From the NCBI GenBank assembly GCA_050031985.1, contig JBNAIG010000018.1:28781-92780 (forward strand): a DNA stretch of 64,000 nucleotides. The letters run 5' to 3'. The stretch comes from Spirochaetaceae bacterium. GTDB lineage: Bacteria > Spirochaetota > Spirochaetia > DSM-2461. Below, piece after piece: positions 46,442 through 56,429 of the stretch. The notes beneath the pieces are model-generated. The model saw only the letters and a program-made list of their open reading frames with translations. It had not been told where the DNA came from and made no database searches. Each line of letters begins with the position of its first letter. The first letter of the stretch is position 1. A program made the translations under genes and the position numbers.

Positions 46442-47424
46442 TGGATACCTCCGGAAGTTATATTTTTGAGAGGAAGAAAGTTGTCCAGGTTTCTGTCTAT
46501 GATTTCCAAGTCTCCCTCGGAGGTAAGAATCTCTTCCATGGTTTCCCAGTAGAGTCGGTCTTCCATAATTTCCGGATTACGACGGTATTCTTCATAAACC
46601 GCCTTAAAGCGGGCCACATCCCCGTTAGCTCGGTTCTCACGGGCTACGGCATAACCTTCCGCTTCCTGTATCATTCTGTTTGCTTCTCCTACCGCTTTTG
46701 GAACTTCCGCGTTGTACCGTTCCTTACCTTCGTTTATGAGCTTGTTCATATCCTGAACAGATTTATTCAATTCTTCAAAGGCAGCCTGTACGGCTCCTTC
46801 GGGAGGAACGACATCCTGGAGCTTCACAGCTTCGATTTCTACGCCCATCCGATAGCCTTCCAGGGTTTTTTCAATCAGTTCTTCCGCATTGACCTCAATT
46901 TTCGTTCTATCCTCAGACATAACATCAAAAATACTACTGTCCCCCACCAGCATATTGATGGTGGACTGGGACACGTCGCGGATCGTTTTTTCCCGGTCGG
47001 CGGAACGGAAGTTGAAGAGCCAGGCCTGGGGGTCGCTGATCTTGTACTGGATAATCCAGGACACATTGGCGATATTCAAATCTCCCGTGAGCATAAGCGA
47101 CTCTTTGGAGTAGTCACCCCTGGAGTAAATCGTGGTAACTCCCGGTTCTGTGGTACGGAATCCGAACTGGAGTGTATGATTCACCGTGACCGGTACCTTG
47201 TACACCCGGTCGATTCCCAGGGGCGCCTTGAATTGAAGCCCCGGCTCGGTCGTTTTGTAGTAACGTCCCAGGCGAAGAACGACGGCCTCTTCTGTCTGAT
47301 CCACCATGTAAAAGCCGGTTAGGAGAGACATCACCACAACCAACCCCACGAGGATGGCCGTAATTTGTCCCTTATTGAGCGATCCCTTAACCGGTTTGAA
47401 GGGATTTTCACGCTGATTTGACAT
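46438..47424 (-). CDS. hflK: FtsH protease modulator HflK (SPFH family)
   Basis: N-terminal TM, SPFH domain (EEAVVLRLGRYYKTTEPGLQFKAPLGIDRVYKV), and a C-terminal coiled coil. Overlaps hflC by 4 nt. Confidence 0.85.
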   Translation of the reverse strand: MSNQRENPFKPVKGSLNKGQITAILVGLVVVMSLLTGFYMVDQTEEAVVLRLGRYYKTTEPGLQFKAPLGIDRVYKVPVTVNHTLQFGFRTTEPGVTTIYSRGDYSKESLMLTGDLNIANVSWIIQYKISDPQAWLFNFRSADREKTIRDVSQSTINMLVGDSSIFDVMSEDRTKIEVNAEELIEKTLEGYRMGVEIEAVKLQDVVPPEGAVQAAFEELNKSVQDMNKLINEGKERYNAEVPKAVGEANRMIQEAEGYAVARENRANGDVARFKAVYEEYRRNPEIMEDRLYWETMEEILTSEGDLEIIDRNLDNFLPLKNITSGGIQ

Positions 47425-47559
47425 CAGTGCCTCCTTTTGTCTCGAGCCTTAGCTCTTATAAAAGAACATAACAAATTCCCGGGCCAAATGAAAGGATAAT
47501 AATCTAAACCCTTCGTTTATCTCCTTTCCCTTGAGGACAAATAAGTATAAAATAGGCTT

Positions 47560-48144
47560 ATGGCGCGAATGAACAAGACACTGGCGATGAATCGGCTGGA
47601 CGGGGATGAATCTCTTTACCGCAAAATGCTGGACTATTTTCACCGGGATTACCGGAACTATCCGGAGCGAATCCAATCGCTGATAGCCTCACGGGACAAT
47701 GAAGCGTACGTTTTAACCCACAGCCTTAAGAATATCGCCGCCTCCCTGGGCGCAGAAGACCTTTCGGAAAAGGCCTTGAATCTGGAAAAACTCCTTAAGG
47801 AGGGGATTTTTGAGGGGACCGATTCTCTTTTGGAGGTACTCCTTGAAGAATTCGAACCGGTCAAGGCCCTCCTGGATGAGGAGGAGGGTGTCGTCAAGAC
47901 CGAAGAAAAGTCTGGGGGAACGGGCTGGACCGATTTGACCCAAATGATTGATGGGCTGATTGATGCCATGGGAAGCTTCTCTCCCGACAAGGCGGAAGAA
48001 GCTCTGGAAAAGGCATCTCTTTCCTACTCTCTTATACCCGAGTCCTGTAGTGATGAGTTTGAAGATATTCTGGCCCTTGCCCGGGACTATCGTTTTTTTG
48101 ATGCGGAAGAGAAGCTTATGGACTTAAAGAAGAGGCTCAAGTAA
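47560..48144 (+). CDS. Stand-alone Hpt (histidine phosphotransfer) domain protein
   Basis: YVLTHSLKNIAASLGAEDL matches the Hpt HxxKG....GA motif. 194 aa. The stop overlaps the start of the downstream LuxR-type gene (TAATG). Confidence 0.6.
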   Translation: MARMNKTLAMNRLDGDESLYRKMLDYFHRDYRNYPERIQSLIASRDNEAYVLTHSLKNIAASLGAEDLSEKALNLEKLLKEGIFEGTDSLLEVLLEEFEPVKALLDEEEGVVKTEEKSGGTGWTDLTQMIDGLIDAMGSFSPDKAEEALEKASLSYSLIPESCSDEFEDILALARDYRFFDAEEKLMDLKKRLK

Positions 48145-49064
48145 TGAACGAGCTCACCGGGGGAATCAGCCCCGACATACTGACCCACTTTTCCCTTCTC
48201 ATCTATTCTCTTTCATTTGCCATGTGTTTTGCCGCTCTGGCTCTTTGTATTGCCTGTTGGATCAAAGAAAAGGAGACCTGGCAGTACAAGACGATTCTTT
48301 TTATTATCTACTTTACCTTTCTTTTCTTTCTCGATGCCATCTATTTTTACTACACCCATATAATGTCCTACTCCGAGGGGGGATGGTATTTTGGGCTTTT
48401 CCTTATTATTCGAGATTTGGGTTATGCCCTGCTACTTTATTATATGGGGGCGACACTTAACTATATTCGCCGAAAGAAGTGGAGCCACTTCCAGTTATCC
48501 CTGGTTATTTTAGGGGGAATCTTCTACTTTGCCGGTTCTGTTGTGGACCGTTATACCGGTTCTCCTCTTTACCTTTCGGCAGCCATGTCTCTTCTTCTTT
48601 TTGGGGTACAGGCCTATCTACTGGCCAACAGTGCCCGGGATATAAAGCATGTTTCGGAGGTGCGTTTGCGTATCTCCCTCATCATAGTTTTTCTTGTTCC
48701 CCTGATTTTCCTGCCTCTTATCCTGATTTTCCGGTCCCTCATGCCGGAGAGACAGGCTTTGAACTTTATTGTTCTGAGTCAGTTTTACTTTTGGCTCTCC
48801 CTGGGGGCGGTCATCTATTTTCTCCAGCCTTTGGCCCTTCATCGGAGCGGAGGGGGGTTGAATTTGTCCCGGGAGAACAGGGATAAGTTCGGACTGACCG
48901 AACGGGAGGCCCAGATTATCAGGGGAATCGACCGGGGACTTTCCTACAAGGAAATCGCCGGGGAACTGGATATCTCTCCCAATACGGTGAGTAACCATAT
49001 AACCCGTATCTACCGAAAAACGGGAATCCGTTCCAAGGTGGAACTACTCAAAAAACTGCAATAA
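48144..49064 (+). CDS. Membrane-embedded LuxR family transcriptional regulator (about 8 TM with C-terminal LuxR HTH, no receiver domain)
   Basis: C-terminal LTEREAQIIRGIDRGLSYKEIAGELDISPNTVSNHITRIYRKTGIRSKVELL is a LuxR/FixJ-type HTH. The N-terminal 240 aa are polytopic. Confidence 0.7.
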   Translation: MNELTGGISPDILTHFSLLIYSLSFAMCFAALALCIACWIKEKETWQYKTILFIIYFTFLFFLDAIYFYYTHIMSYSEGGWYFGLFLIIRDLGYALLLYYMGATLNYIRRKKWSHFQLSLVILGGIFYFAGSVVDRYTGSPLYLSAAMSLLLFGVQAYLLANSARDIKHVSEVRLRISLIIVFLVPLIFLPLILIFRSLMPERQALNFIVLSQFYFWLSLGAVIYFLQPLALHRSGGGLNLSRENRDKFGLTEREAQIIRGIDRGLSYKEIAGELDISPNTVSNHITRIYRKTGIRSKVELLKKLQ

Positions 49065-49077
49065 AAGGAATTAACCC

Positions 49078-49686
49078 ATGGCTGGAAAAGGAAGGGCGAG
49101 GCCCGATCATTATACGCAAAAAGCCAAGAAAGAGGGCTATCCCGCCCGTTCTGTCTATAAACTGGAAGAGATCGACCAGAAAAACCGCTTGCTTAAACCG
49201 GGAATGCGCGTTCTCGATGTGGGGGCTTCTCCCGGCAGCTGGTCTCTCTATGTTATCCGTAAACTAAAAGGGCAGGGCCATCTGGCGGGAGTGGATTTAA
49301 AGCCTCTTAATCTGCCCAAAAAGTATCCCAACTTCTTCTTCTACCAGGGTGATATCTTCACGGAGGAGGCGGGCAACTTTCTGCGGGAAAAAGGTCCTTA
49401 CGACTTGCTTCTAAGTGATGCCGCTCCCAATACGAGCGGTAACCGTCTGGTAGATACGAGACGCTCCTACGACCTGGTGGAACTGGTTATTAATCTGGCC
49501 GATGAGCAGGTTGGTAAGGGGGGAGCCATGGTGGTAAAGGTTTTCCAGGGAGGCGACGAGGAAGAGCTCTTTGCTAAAATGGGGGAAATCTTTAACAAAG
49601 TAAAGCGTTTTAAGCCCAAGGCGGTTCGCTCCGAATCCTTTGAGATCTACTTTATCGGTTTGGACAAGAGGGAAGGATCAAGCTGA
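49078..49686 (+). CDS. rlmE: 23S rRNA (uridine-2'-O)-methyltransferase RlmE/FtsJ
   Basis: RSVYKLEEIDQKNRLLKPGMRVLDVGASPGSWS (SAM-binding) and ...DLLLSDAAPNTSG motifs. Confidence 0.85.
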   Translation: MAGKGRARPDHYTQKAKKEGYPARSVYKLEEIDQKNRLLKPGMRVLDVGASPGSWSLYVIRKLKGQGHLAGVDLKPLNLPKKYPNFFFYQGDIFTEEAGNFLREKGPYDLLLSDAAPNTSGNRLVDTRRSYDLVELVINLADEQVGKGGAMVVKVFQGGDEEELFAKMGEIFNKVKRFKPKAVRSESFEIYFIGLDKREGSS

Positions 49687-51869
49687 TTCATTATCAGTAG
49701 ATTCCCGTCAAAAGCCCCGGCCATGATTCGCTCATCGTATTCGTAAATGGGGGTGGTAATCTCATAACCCAACTCAATTCTCTTAACACTTTCTCCCGTT
49801 TGGGAAGAGTAGACAGTCATGGTTTCATCGCCGGTCATGGCATAGATAAATGAGCCGTGAAGCAGGGGATAGGTCTGGATTTTAGCCGCCAGGGAGGGGA
49901 GAGCCTTGCCGGTATTTCTGTCCAGGACGAAAAGGGTGTCTCCCCCATAGTAGTAAAGCCGGTCTTCGCTCAGTTGCACATTATGAATAAAGTTCCGTTT
50001 CTCCTCATGGGGATTACTCACCCATTCCAAAGACATGGAGGAGGGGGAAAAGGCGGCTACCTGACCTTCCGAATCACAAAGATAGCCCCGTCCTTCATCA
50101 AAAACAATCGATTGCCCCATGGGGGATTCAAGTCCGCTTTCCAGAGAACGGAGGATTTTCCCGGTAGAGGAAATTTCATATATTTGACCGTCTGTTGCTG
50201 CGGTGTAAATATTTCCTTCGTAAAGGGCAGGTGTCATGAGAGAGCCCCCGGGGATAAAGACTTCCCTGATTTTTTTTCCGTCCCCCGTAAGAAAGCGGAG
50301 GGAATCCTTGGTGGGATAGAGCACCTGGTAATCCATGGGAACCGTTTTTTGCCCGTTCAGATGGTTTTCCCGGTCGTTCATACGGGTTGTTGTGAGAATT
50401 ACTCCCGTCATGCGGTTCATAACGACCAAACTTCTTTTGCCGGAAAAATAGATATAGTTGTCCGTTATGACCGGGGCGGAGTAGTTGTTGGGATAGTTGT
50501 AGGTGCGGTTGTTGAACTTCAACCAGGCCGAAGGTTCGTGGAGATACCAGATACGTCCCGTCCAGTCGGCAATGTAGATATCTTCCCCTTCCGCTGTAAT
50601 TCCCGTAATTTCCTGATAGGCCCCGCGCAGAACTTTTTCAATGGTCTTTTTTAGTTCAAGCTGAATCGTATCGGGCCAGTCCTGCTCAATATCCAGGTAG
50701 AGGTAGAGCTCGTTGTACCCTTCCAGAGTAAAGTTGACTTCCAGGGGTTCATCGGGCTTCACATCAAGGACAATGTTGCCTTTCCCGCCGTAAATCCCGT
50801 TAATGGTGATTTCACTCTGGGGGGGCGTTACTTCTATGGCAATGGTCCGGGAGGTGAGTCGGGGCAGCTTAAAGTAGTGTTTATCTGTAAAATCCCCCGA
50901 ACTGTTTACCCCGACCGATTCTGTTATTTGGCTGTAACCGGGCTTGCTTATTTCCACGTCCACCAGTTGGGCCATATCAAGAATCAGGTCCACCCGTTCC
51001 CGGGTTTGGTTATAATCGGTGCTAATGAGGGTCCCTTCGTCGGAAAGGAGTGACAAGCGGTAGCGTGGGACATCTTTCTCTTTTCTAAAATGGTCGAATC
51101 CCTTCTGTACGTCATTGTAGTTGTCCCGGTTGTATTCGGAGATGGTAAGTTCGATGGTAAGAATATCCCGCACCAAATCTTCCAGATCTATCCGGTCCGG
51201 TTCCAGTCCCTGATAATCCAGAATCAGCTGTTCGTAACGTTTGTTATGGATGCGGAGTGTTTCGTCATCGATATACCAGGTTTCACCGGGAAAGAGAGGC
51301 CGCTCTTCTTCCTCGAGGGATTCAGCCCACAGTCGGTCTTCATCCTTAATAATCTCGGCCAGTTTGTCCCGGTCATCAATACCGGGGAGCATTCTCAGTT
51401 CCCCGTCCCGGTTGTACACTTCCACCCTCTCGTCTGTCATGCGGAGGGAAAAGAAGCCCTCCCGTGAGTAAAGAGTCATATGGGGGAGCTGGATTTCCAG
51501 GTTCACTCCCGGGTTTTCCACCGCTAGTTCTCCCCGATTAAGCATTATCGTCGTGAGATCGTCTTTTCCGGAGTAAAGCAGGCTTGCCTCCGTATTGCTT
51601 CCCAGGCGCATGAGAATATTTTCCTCCGTTCCCAGGTAAAGCTCTCCTTCGTCAATTCGTATTTCTCCACCCTCTTTAATAATTGTTCCGGCGATCAGGT
51701 TTTCCCAGTTGCGGTTTTTACGTGTACGGCTTCGTACGGAACCGCTTACACTGCAGCTAAGGAATTCTCCCTTTCCCGCTTCGCCCACCAGGTTCGCAGC
51801 CTTTCCCCCACAGGATGAGAAGAGGATAAGGGTAAAAAGAAAAAGAACCGTAAAACGACGAATAATCAC
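49647..51869 (-). CDS. Large lipoprotein with C-terminal PQQ-like beta-propeller repeats (hypothetical)
   Basis: Lipobox LILFSSCGG. C-terminal repeated YxGxxDGxxY-type beta-propeller blades (IYTAATDGQIYEIS, LYYYGGDTLFVLD, IYAMTGDETMTVY). 740 aa. Confidence 0.5.
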   Translation of the reverse strand: MIIRRFTVLFLFTLILFSSCGGKAANLVGEAGKGEFLSCSVSGSVRSRTRKNRNWENLIAGTIIKEGGEIRIDEGELYLGTEENILMRLGSNTEASLLYSGKDDLTTIMLNRGELAVENPGVNLEIQLPHMTLYSREGFFSLRMTDERVEVYNRDGELRMLPGIDDRDKLAEIIKDEDRLWAESLEEEERPLFPGETWYIDDETLRIHNKRYEQLILDYQGLEPDRIDLEDLVRDILTIELTISEYNRDNYNDVQKGFDHFRKEKDVPRYRLSLLSDEGTLISTDYNQTRERVDLILDMAQLVDVEISKPGYSQITESVGVNSSGDFTDKHYFKLPRLTSRTIAIEVTPPQSEITINGIYGGKGNIVLDVKPDEPLEVNFTLEGYNELYLYLDIEQDWPDTIQLELKKTIEKVLRGAYQEITGITAEGEDIYIADWTGRIWYLHEPSAWLKFNNRTYNYPNNYSAPVITDNYIYFSGKRSLVVMNRMTGVILTTTRMNDRENHLNGQKTVPMDYQVLYPTKDSLRFLTGDGKKIREVFIPGGSLMTPALYEGNIYTAATDGQIYEISSTGKILRSLESGLESPMGQSIVFDEGRGYLCDSEGQVAAFSPSSMSLEWVSNPHEEKRNFIHNVQLSEDRLYYYGGDTLFVLDRNTGKALPSLAAKIQTYPLLHGSFIYAMTGDETMTVYSSQTGESVKRIELGYEITTPIYEYDERIMAGAFDGNLLIMNQLDPSLLSKPIK

Positions 51870-51881
51870 TCGGCCTCCTGT

Positions 51882-53111
51882 TTACAGAAATTCTTTGGAG
51901 GGCACTTCATCGAGCAGGTCCATATTGTAGGCCGTAATTCGAGAAAGCAGGGCAATGCTAACCGTGTCCAGAAGGGCGGAGAAGCCGATGAGAACGGGAA
52001 GCATGGGGAGAAGTAGAATGTAACCTTTGTCCAGTCCCCGTCCGTAGGATCCGCAGAGTAGGGAAAGAAGGGCGTATATTCCCAGCCGGGGGGCATGGGA
52101 GAGGGCAAAGGAGTAGATGAAGGAGAAGAAGAACACCCAGAGAATCTGGTAGGGAGTCAAGTCCAGCGAAGTGTAGGAGCGAATGATGAGGAGCATAGAT
52201 GCCCCGCCTACCAGGGCCGTTCCGGAACGGGCAAAGAGGGTTAGAAGGGGGGTGGTTATACCGCCCACTTCCCGGGATATTCCCTCATTTTCTTTAAGAT
52301 GGGCCGTAAGAATTCCATAGTTAAAAAAGATATCGCCGCTCATAAGACCCGTAAGGAGGGGCGTCATAATGGAATAGACATGGTTAAGAGGATTACCCCG
52401 TCCTCCCACGAAGTAAAGTGTTATGGGGTAGAAGATAAAAAGCACCAGGGCCGAAGATATGGTGAGGATAATGATATGCTGACTATAGAAGGAGAAATCG
52501 CTCATTCCCTTGAGGGAGCGGATTGTCACAAAGCTGATAAAGAAGATAAGGAAGGCCTGAAGTTTTATTATGTACCAGTTGAGTCGATAGAAAATCCGGG
52601 AAAGGGAATCAAAAAGATTAAAAGTGGGCCCGGTTTGCTCCTTGTCAAAATGAAAAAAGATTCCCAGAAGAAGAGCTAGAACACAAAGGGGAAGAAGGAG
52701 GGAGGCATCTCCCGTAAAAACCTGAAAAAGGTTGGGGGAGACAATTCTATTTACCGTTTCGGAGAAGCCCGGATTGCTGTAATCCAGGTCTTCCTGAATG
52801 GTAATGGGGATTCGGTCTGAGGGGAGAACCAGAGCCACTGCCATTCCTACGGCCAGCATAACCGCTGTGGTAATCAGCATAGCCAAAATAGCCCGAATGA
52901 AGAGGGTGCGGAACTTGCCCAGTCGTTTAAGCTGGCATACGGCAATGGGAAGGGAGAAGAAAACAAGGGGGAAGAGGACGTAGCGGCCCACATTAATGGA
53001 AAGCCCACCCAGGAAAGTGAGCGCCTCTTCCAATGCTTCTATGGGAGGAAGGAAAAATCCCGTTCCGATTCCCAGGGCGACGGCTATTAAGTATTTCATC
53101 CACAGTTTCAT
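51882..53111 (-). CDS. Polytopic membrane transporter, possibly dicarboxylate/amino-acid:cation symporter family
   Basis: 409 aa, about 10 TM. N-terminus MKLWMKYLIAVALGIGTGFFLP resembles DAACS/SstT-type N-termini. The assignment is weak. Confidence 0.4.
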   Translation of the reverse strand: MKLWMKYLIAVALGIGTGFFLPPIEALEEALTFLGGLSINVGRYVLFPLVFFSLPIAVCQLKRLGKFRTLFIRAILAMLITTAVMLAVGMAVALVLPSDRIPITIQEDLDYSNPGFSETVNRIVSPNLFQVFTGDASLLLPLCVLALLLGIFFHFDKEQTGPTFNLFDSLSRIFYRLNWYIIKLQAFLIFFISFVTIRSLKGMSDFSFYSQHIIILTISSALVLFIFYPITLYFVGGRGNPLNHVYSIMTPLLTGLMSGDIFFNYGILTAHLKENEGISREVGGITTPLLTLFARSGTALVGGASMLLIIRSYTSLDLTPYQILWVFFFSFIYSFALSHAPRLGIYALLSLLCGSYGRGLDKGYILLLPMLPVLIGFSALLDTVSIALLSRITAYNMDLLDEVPSKEFL

Positions 53112-53136
53112 ATATTACCCCTTCCGGTTTGACCAA

Positions 53137-53799
53137 TCAGTTTCGTTTTTCCAAAGGCAGCGGCAAAAAAAGGTTCCTCTTTTCGCTTATTTTGAGCCAC
53201 TCCCCCCGGGCCTTTTCCGGAAGGTCTGAGGCATATTCCAGGATCGATTCGGCGCAGCTTTCCGCATTGGCGGTGGAGGAAATAAATCCTGCCGTTTGGA
53301 GTCTCTCCAACCGCTCACGCATAATGCCGTCGGCCAGTTCCCGGAAAAATTCTCCCATGCCCCTGTCCATTCCGCTTTCACTTTTGGAGTGATGGGGGCG
53401 GATAAAAAAGAGGGAGGAAGAGTTCTTTTTCTTTAAGGTATTAATGAGCTGATTGGTGAGGTAGAGGAAGCCTTTAATCTCCCGGTCTACCGTATCGTCC
53501 AGGTCTGCCAGGGAGAGGTCTGTAAAGGGGGCCGTTTCCCTGTTGCTGTTGTCTATTATGTACGCCCTGTCCGGGATGCCCCACAATCTGACGGTTTCCT
53601 GAATAACCGTTTTGGCAGAAAAAAGGGACGACCTATTCCAGGGGACAACAAGCAGGTTCTCCCGGGATGATTCTCCCGAACCGGACTCTTTGCTGCTGTT
53701 TACAGGAGCGGCCACGCGGTTCCCCCGGGCCAACTCTTTCTCTACTATTTTTCTGCCGAGCAGGGTTTCACTCCCTGCAATCAACACCACCTCGCTCAT
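53137..53799 (-). CDS. Hypothetical protein with degenerate Rossmann-like N-terminus
   Basis: VVLIAGSETLLGRKIVEKELARGNRVAAP resembles an NAD(P)-binding GxxGxxG-type turn, but the rest is Ser-rich and low-complexity. Confidence 0.35.
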   Translation of the reverse strand: MSEVVLIAGSETLLGRKIVEKELARGNRVAAPVNSSKESGSGESSRENLLVVPWNRSSLFSAKTVIQETVRLWGIPDRAYIIDNSNRETAPFTDLSLADLDDTVDREIKGFLYLTNQLINTLKKKNSSSLFFIRPHHSKSESGMDRGMGEFFRELADGIMRERLERLQTAGFISSTANAESCAESILEYASDLPEKARGEWLKISEKRNLFLPLPLEKRN

Positions 53800-53873
53800 G
53801 GGTTAGAGCATAGCACAGGAAGGGAGAAATAAACAGCCCCTTGGCCGCATCTGGCACAGGGGGAGAGGGGGTA

Positions 53874-54275
53874 CTACTTTCGGCAGTCCCCACAGATTCC
53901 CCAGACGTAAACATGGCTTGATTCTCTCCGGAAGCCTTCCGGAAGAGTTCCCATATCTGCACTACTTAAGGGAAAGTCAAAAACCTTACCGCAGCGGCGG
54001 CATTTGCAGTGACCATGGTCGCTTGTATCTCCGTCAAAACGAACCTCATCCCCGTCGATTGTAAGGGCCAGGGCAAGTTGTTTTTCCGAGAATAGCTTTA
54101 AGGTATTGTAGAGGGTCGTTTTGGAAAGACTGGGCATTTCCGGGTGTAGGCTGGAGTAGATCATCTCCACGGTCGGGTGGTTTTTATGAGAACTGAGATA
54201 CTGATAAACAGCTAATCTTTGTTGAGTAGCGCGAATCCCTTTCTCTTCAAGAATCTTTTTTGTTTCCACCATCAT
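53874..54275 (-). CDS. Fur family transcriptional regulator (PerR-like)
   Basis: RATQQRLAVYQYL...HPTVEMIY winged helix, and a HGHCKCRRCGKV...CGDC metal-binding Cys/His cluster. Adjacent to the rubrerythrin gene. Confidence 0.8.
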   Translation of the reverse strand: MMVETKKILEEKGIRATQQRLAVYQYLSSHKNHPTVEMIYSSLHPEMPSLSKTTLYNTLKLFSEKQLALALTIDGDEVRFDGDTSDHGHCKCRRCGKVFDFPLSSADMGTLPEGFRRESSHVYVWGICGDCRK

Positions 54276-54321
54276 AATTGCCGGGGGAATCGAATAGGAT
54301 TCCCCCGATCCTCCTTATATA

Positions 54322-54867
54322 TTAGGCAAAGTATCGCTTAAGGAGTCCCAGAAAGGCAGAACCGTGGCGGGCTTCATCCTTACACATCTCATGTACTGTA
54401 TCATGAATGGCATCGTAACCCAACTCCTTGGCTCTTTTAGCAATGTGAAGTTTTCCTTCCGTAGCGCCCCTTTCGGCTTCTACTCGAAGTTCCAGGTTCT
54501 TCTTGGTATCGGCATGGACCACTTCTCCCAGCAGCTCGGCAAATTTGGCAGCATGCTCTGCTTCCTCAAAGGCTATTCTTTTGTATGCTTCGGCTACTTC
54601 GGGGTATCCTTCTCTGTCGGCCTGTCTACTCATGGCAAGGTACATTCCTACTTCGGTACATTCGCCCATGAAATTTTCTCTAAGTCCCTGTACGACTTCT
54701 TTGTCCAGTCCCTGAGCTACTCCTATTTTGTGAGCGTCAGCCCAGACAATACCGTCGATTCCCTGAGACTTATCGAATTTCTCTTTAGGAGCGTTACACT
54801 GAGGACACTTCTCCGGAGCTTCGGGACCTTCATAGACATAACCGCAAACAGAACAAACCCATTTCAT
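54322..54867 (-). CDS. Reverse rubrerythrin (N-terminal rubredoxin-like domain with ferritin-like diiron domain)
   Basis: [31 protein letters not shown] (CxxC...CxxC rubredoxin) followed by a four-helix-bundle diiron region (E..H pairs). Start at 54867 with AAGGAG upstream (the track ORF extends to 54966). Confidence 0.85.
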   Translation of the reverse strand: MKWVCSVCGYVYEGPEAPEKCPQCNAPKEKFDKSQGIDGIVWADAHKIGVAQGLDKEVVQGLRENFMGECTEVGMYLAMSRQADREGYPEVAEAYKRIAFEEAEHAAKFAELLGEVVHADTKKNLELRVEAERGATEGKLHIAKRAKELGYDAIHDTVHEMCKDEARHGSAFLGLLKRYFA

Positions 54868-54908
54868 AATTGTTTTCTCCTTAAAATTGAATACTTGATT
54901 TGTATAAA

Positions 54909-54923
54909 TTGTAATGATTACAA
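54909..54923. promoter_or_regulatory. PerR/Fur-box-like 7-1-7 palindrome upstream of the rubrerythrin gene
   Basis: TTGTAAT-G-ATTACAA is a perfect inverted repeat of the 7-1-7 Fur/PerR box architecture (compare TTATAATnATTATAA). It lies 42 nt upstream of the rubrerythrin start, within an AT-rich promoter region. Confidence 0.55.
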
Positions 54924-55013
54924 AGTTATAACGATTGCAAATAATAGTCAATAGTCTAAAAAACATGAAAATATAATGAAAAAATGATATTTGTCTTGCT
55001 ATAATGGGGGGGT

Positions 55014-56429
55014 ATGAAAAAATCTTTACTTATTTTTTTTGTTTCTCTTTGTTGCGTTCTTTTTCTGGTGGGTGAGGATGTTCTTTTTAATCCTGAAAAA
55101 ATCCTTTTATTGAAAGAAGATAGGTCAGATTTTTTCGGTCCTGGAGAATCGGTCAGTCTCGAAAATACCGGTTTTTCGGAAGTGACCCTTCATATCCTCT
55201 CTTCACGGCCCGAGCTCAAAGTCAGCCGGCCTCAGATCACATTGGCTCCCGGGGAGACGTCTTCTTTTGATGTGAGTTACGATGGCGAAATTCCTCCCGA
55301 AGGAGAAAGAATCTTTTCTTTAGTACTACTGGCGAAAGGAGGCACGGCTCCCAGCCGTTATATGATTTACTCTCCCCGTGACTATTCCGTAGCCCGGGAA
55401 TCTAAGGAAGATGAGGATATTAGTCTCGTCTATTACTACTCCCCTAATTGCAAGGATTGCCGGGATTTTCTGGATAGGGAGATCCCCCGTTTAGAGGAAA
55501 AAGTCGGCCTTTCTCTGGGGCTTGAAGGGGTTAATATCTATGAGGAAGAGGGGATGGAACGCCTGAAATCCCGCTTAGTCGAAGAGGGTGTACAAAGTGA
55601 TGTCTTGCCCGTTTTGGATACGGGAGAGGTGCTTCTCATCGGAGATGAGATGATCCGGCAATCTCTCGAAGATGTTTTGACCGGTAAATATGTTGAGGCT
55701 GATTCTGCCCCGGGATCTGAAGGGCGGGCACCTCTCTGGATACTGGTGGCCGGTGCGGGGCTTCTGGACGGGATTAATCCCTGTGCCTTTAGTACGCTTA
55801 TCTTCCTTCTCGCCTACCTGGGGTTACGAAAGCGGGACCGCCGGGAAATCCTTTTTGTGGGGATATTCTTTAGTCTGACCGTATTCCTTACTTATACCGC
55901 CGTGGGAGCGGGGGCCTTCCTCTTTCTCCGTCAGTCCATGAGTTATGTGTGGATTGGGCCGATTTTGCGTTGGGGCGGTGCGGGCGTTTTAACGGTTCTG
56001 GGTGCCCTGAGTTTGCGAGACTGGTACAGGGTAAGAACAGGCCGGGCCAGGGAGATGACTTTGCAGCTTTCGGATAAGGTAAAAAAGGCCGTTCATAAGT
56101 CTGTCCGGGAAGGTGTTCGTTCGACCGTTCCCCTTATGGGAGCCTGTGTGATGGGGTTTATGGTTACCGTTTATGAGTTGGGCTGTACGGGGCAGATCTA
56201 CCTTCCCACCCTCTACTTGATGATTCGCCAGGGAGAGGGGAGGGGGCTTCTTCTACTCATCCTTTACAATCTGGCCTTTATCGTACCGTTGGTTCTTGTG
56301 TTTTTTCTGGCCTATCGAGGGATGACTTCGGAGAAATTAAGTCGATGGTTTCAGGACCGATTGGGGTTGGTTAAGATTGTCACGGCCCTCTTTTTCTGGA
56401 TAGCCGCTCTTCTAATTATTTTCCTCTAA
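55014..56429 (+). CDS. Thiol:disulfide transporter CcdA/DsbD-like membrane domain fused to a periplasmic thioredoxin-like (CxxC) domain
   Basis: Signal peptide. Periplasmic domain with [12 protein letters not shown] domain with [17 protein letters not shown] and a second Cys helix (LGCTGQIY), which is the CcdA/DsbD beta-domain signature. Confidence 0.7.
   Translation: MKKSLLIFFVSLCCVLFLVGEDVLFNPEKILLLKEDRSDFFGPGESVSLENTGFSEVTLHILSSRPELKVSRPQITLAPGETSSFDVSYDGEIPPEGERIFSLVLLAKGGTAPSRYMIYSPRDYSVARESKEDEDISLVYYYSPNCKDCRDFLDREIPRLEEKVGLSLGLEGVNIYEEEGMERLKSRLVEEGVQSDVLPVLDTGEVLLIGDEMIRQSLEDVLTGKYVEADSAPGSEGRAPLWILVAGAGLLDGINPCAFSTLIFLLAYLGLRKRDRREILFVGIFFSLTVFLTYTAVGAGAFLFLRQSMSYVWIGPILRWGGAGVLTVLGALSLRDWYRVRTGRAREMTLQLSDKVKKAVHKSVREGVRSTVPLMGACVMGFMVTVYELGCTGQIYLPTLYLMIRQGEGRGLLLLILYNLAFIVPLVLVFFLAYRGMTSEKLSRWFQDRLGLVKIVTALFFWIAALLIIFL

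Noticed and set aside
46441-47322. 293-aa plus-strand ORF
   Set aside because: Antisense to hflK. No support.
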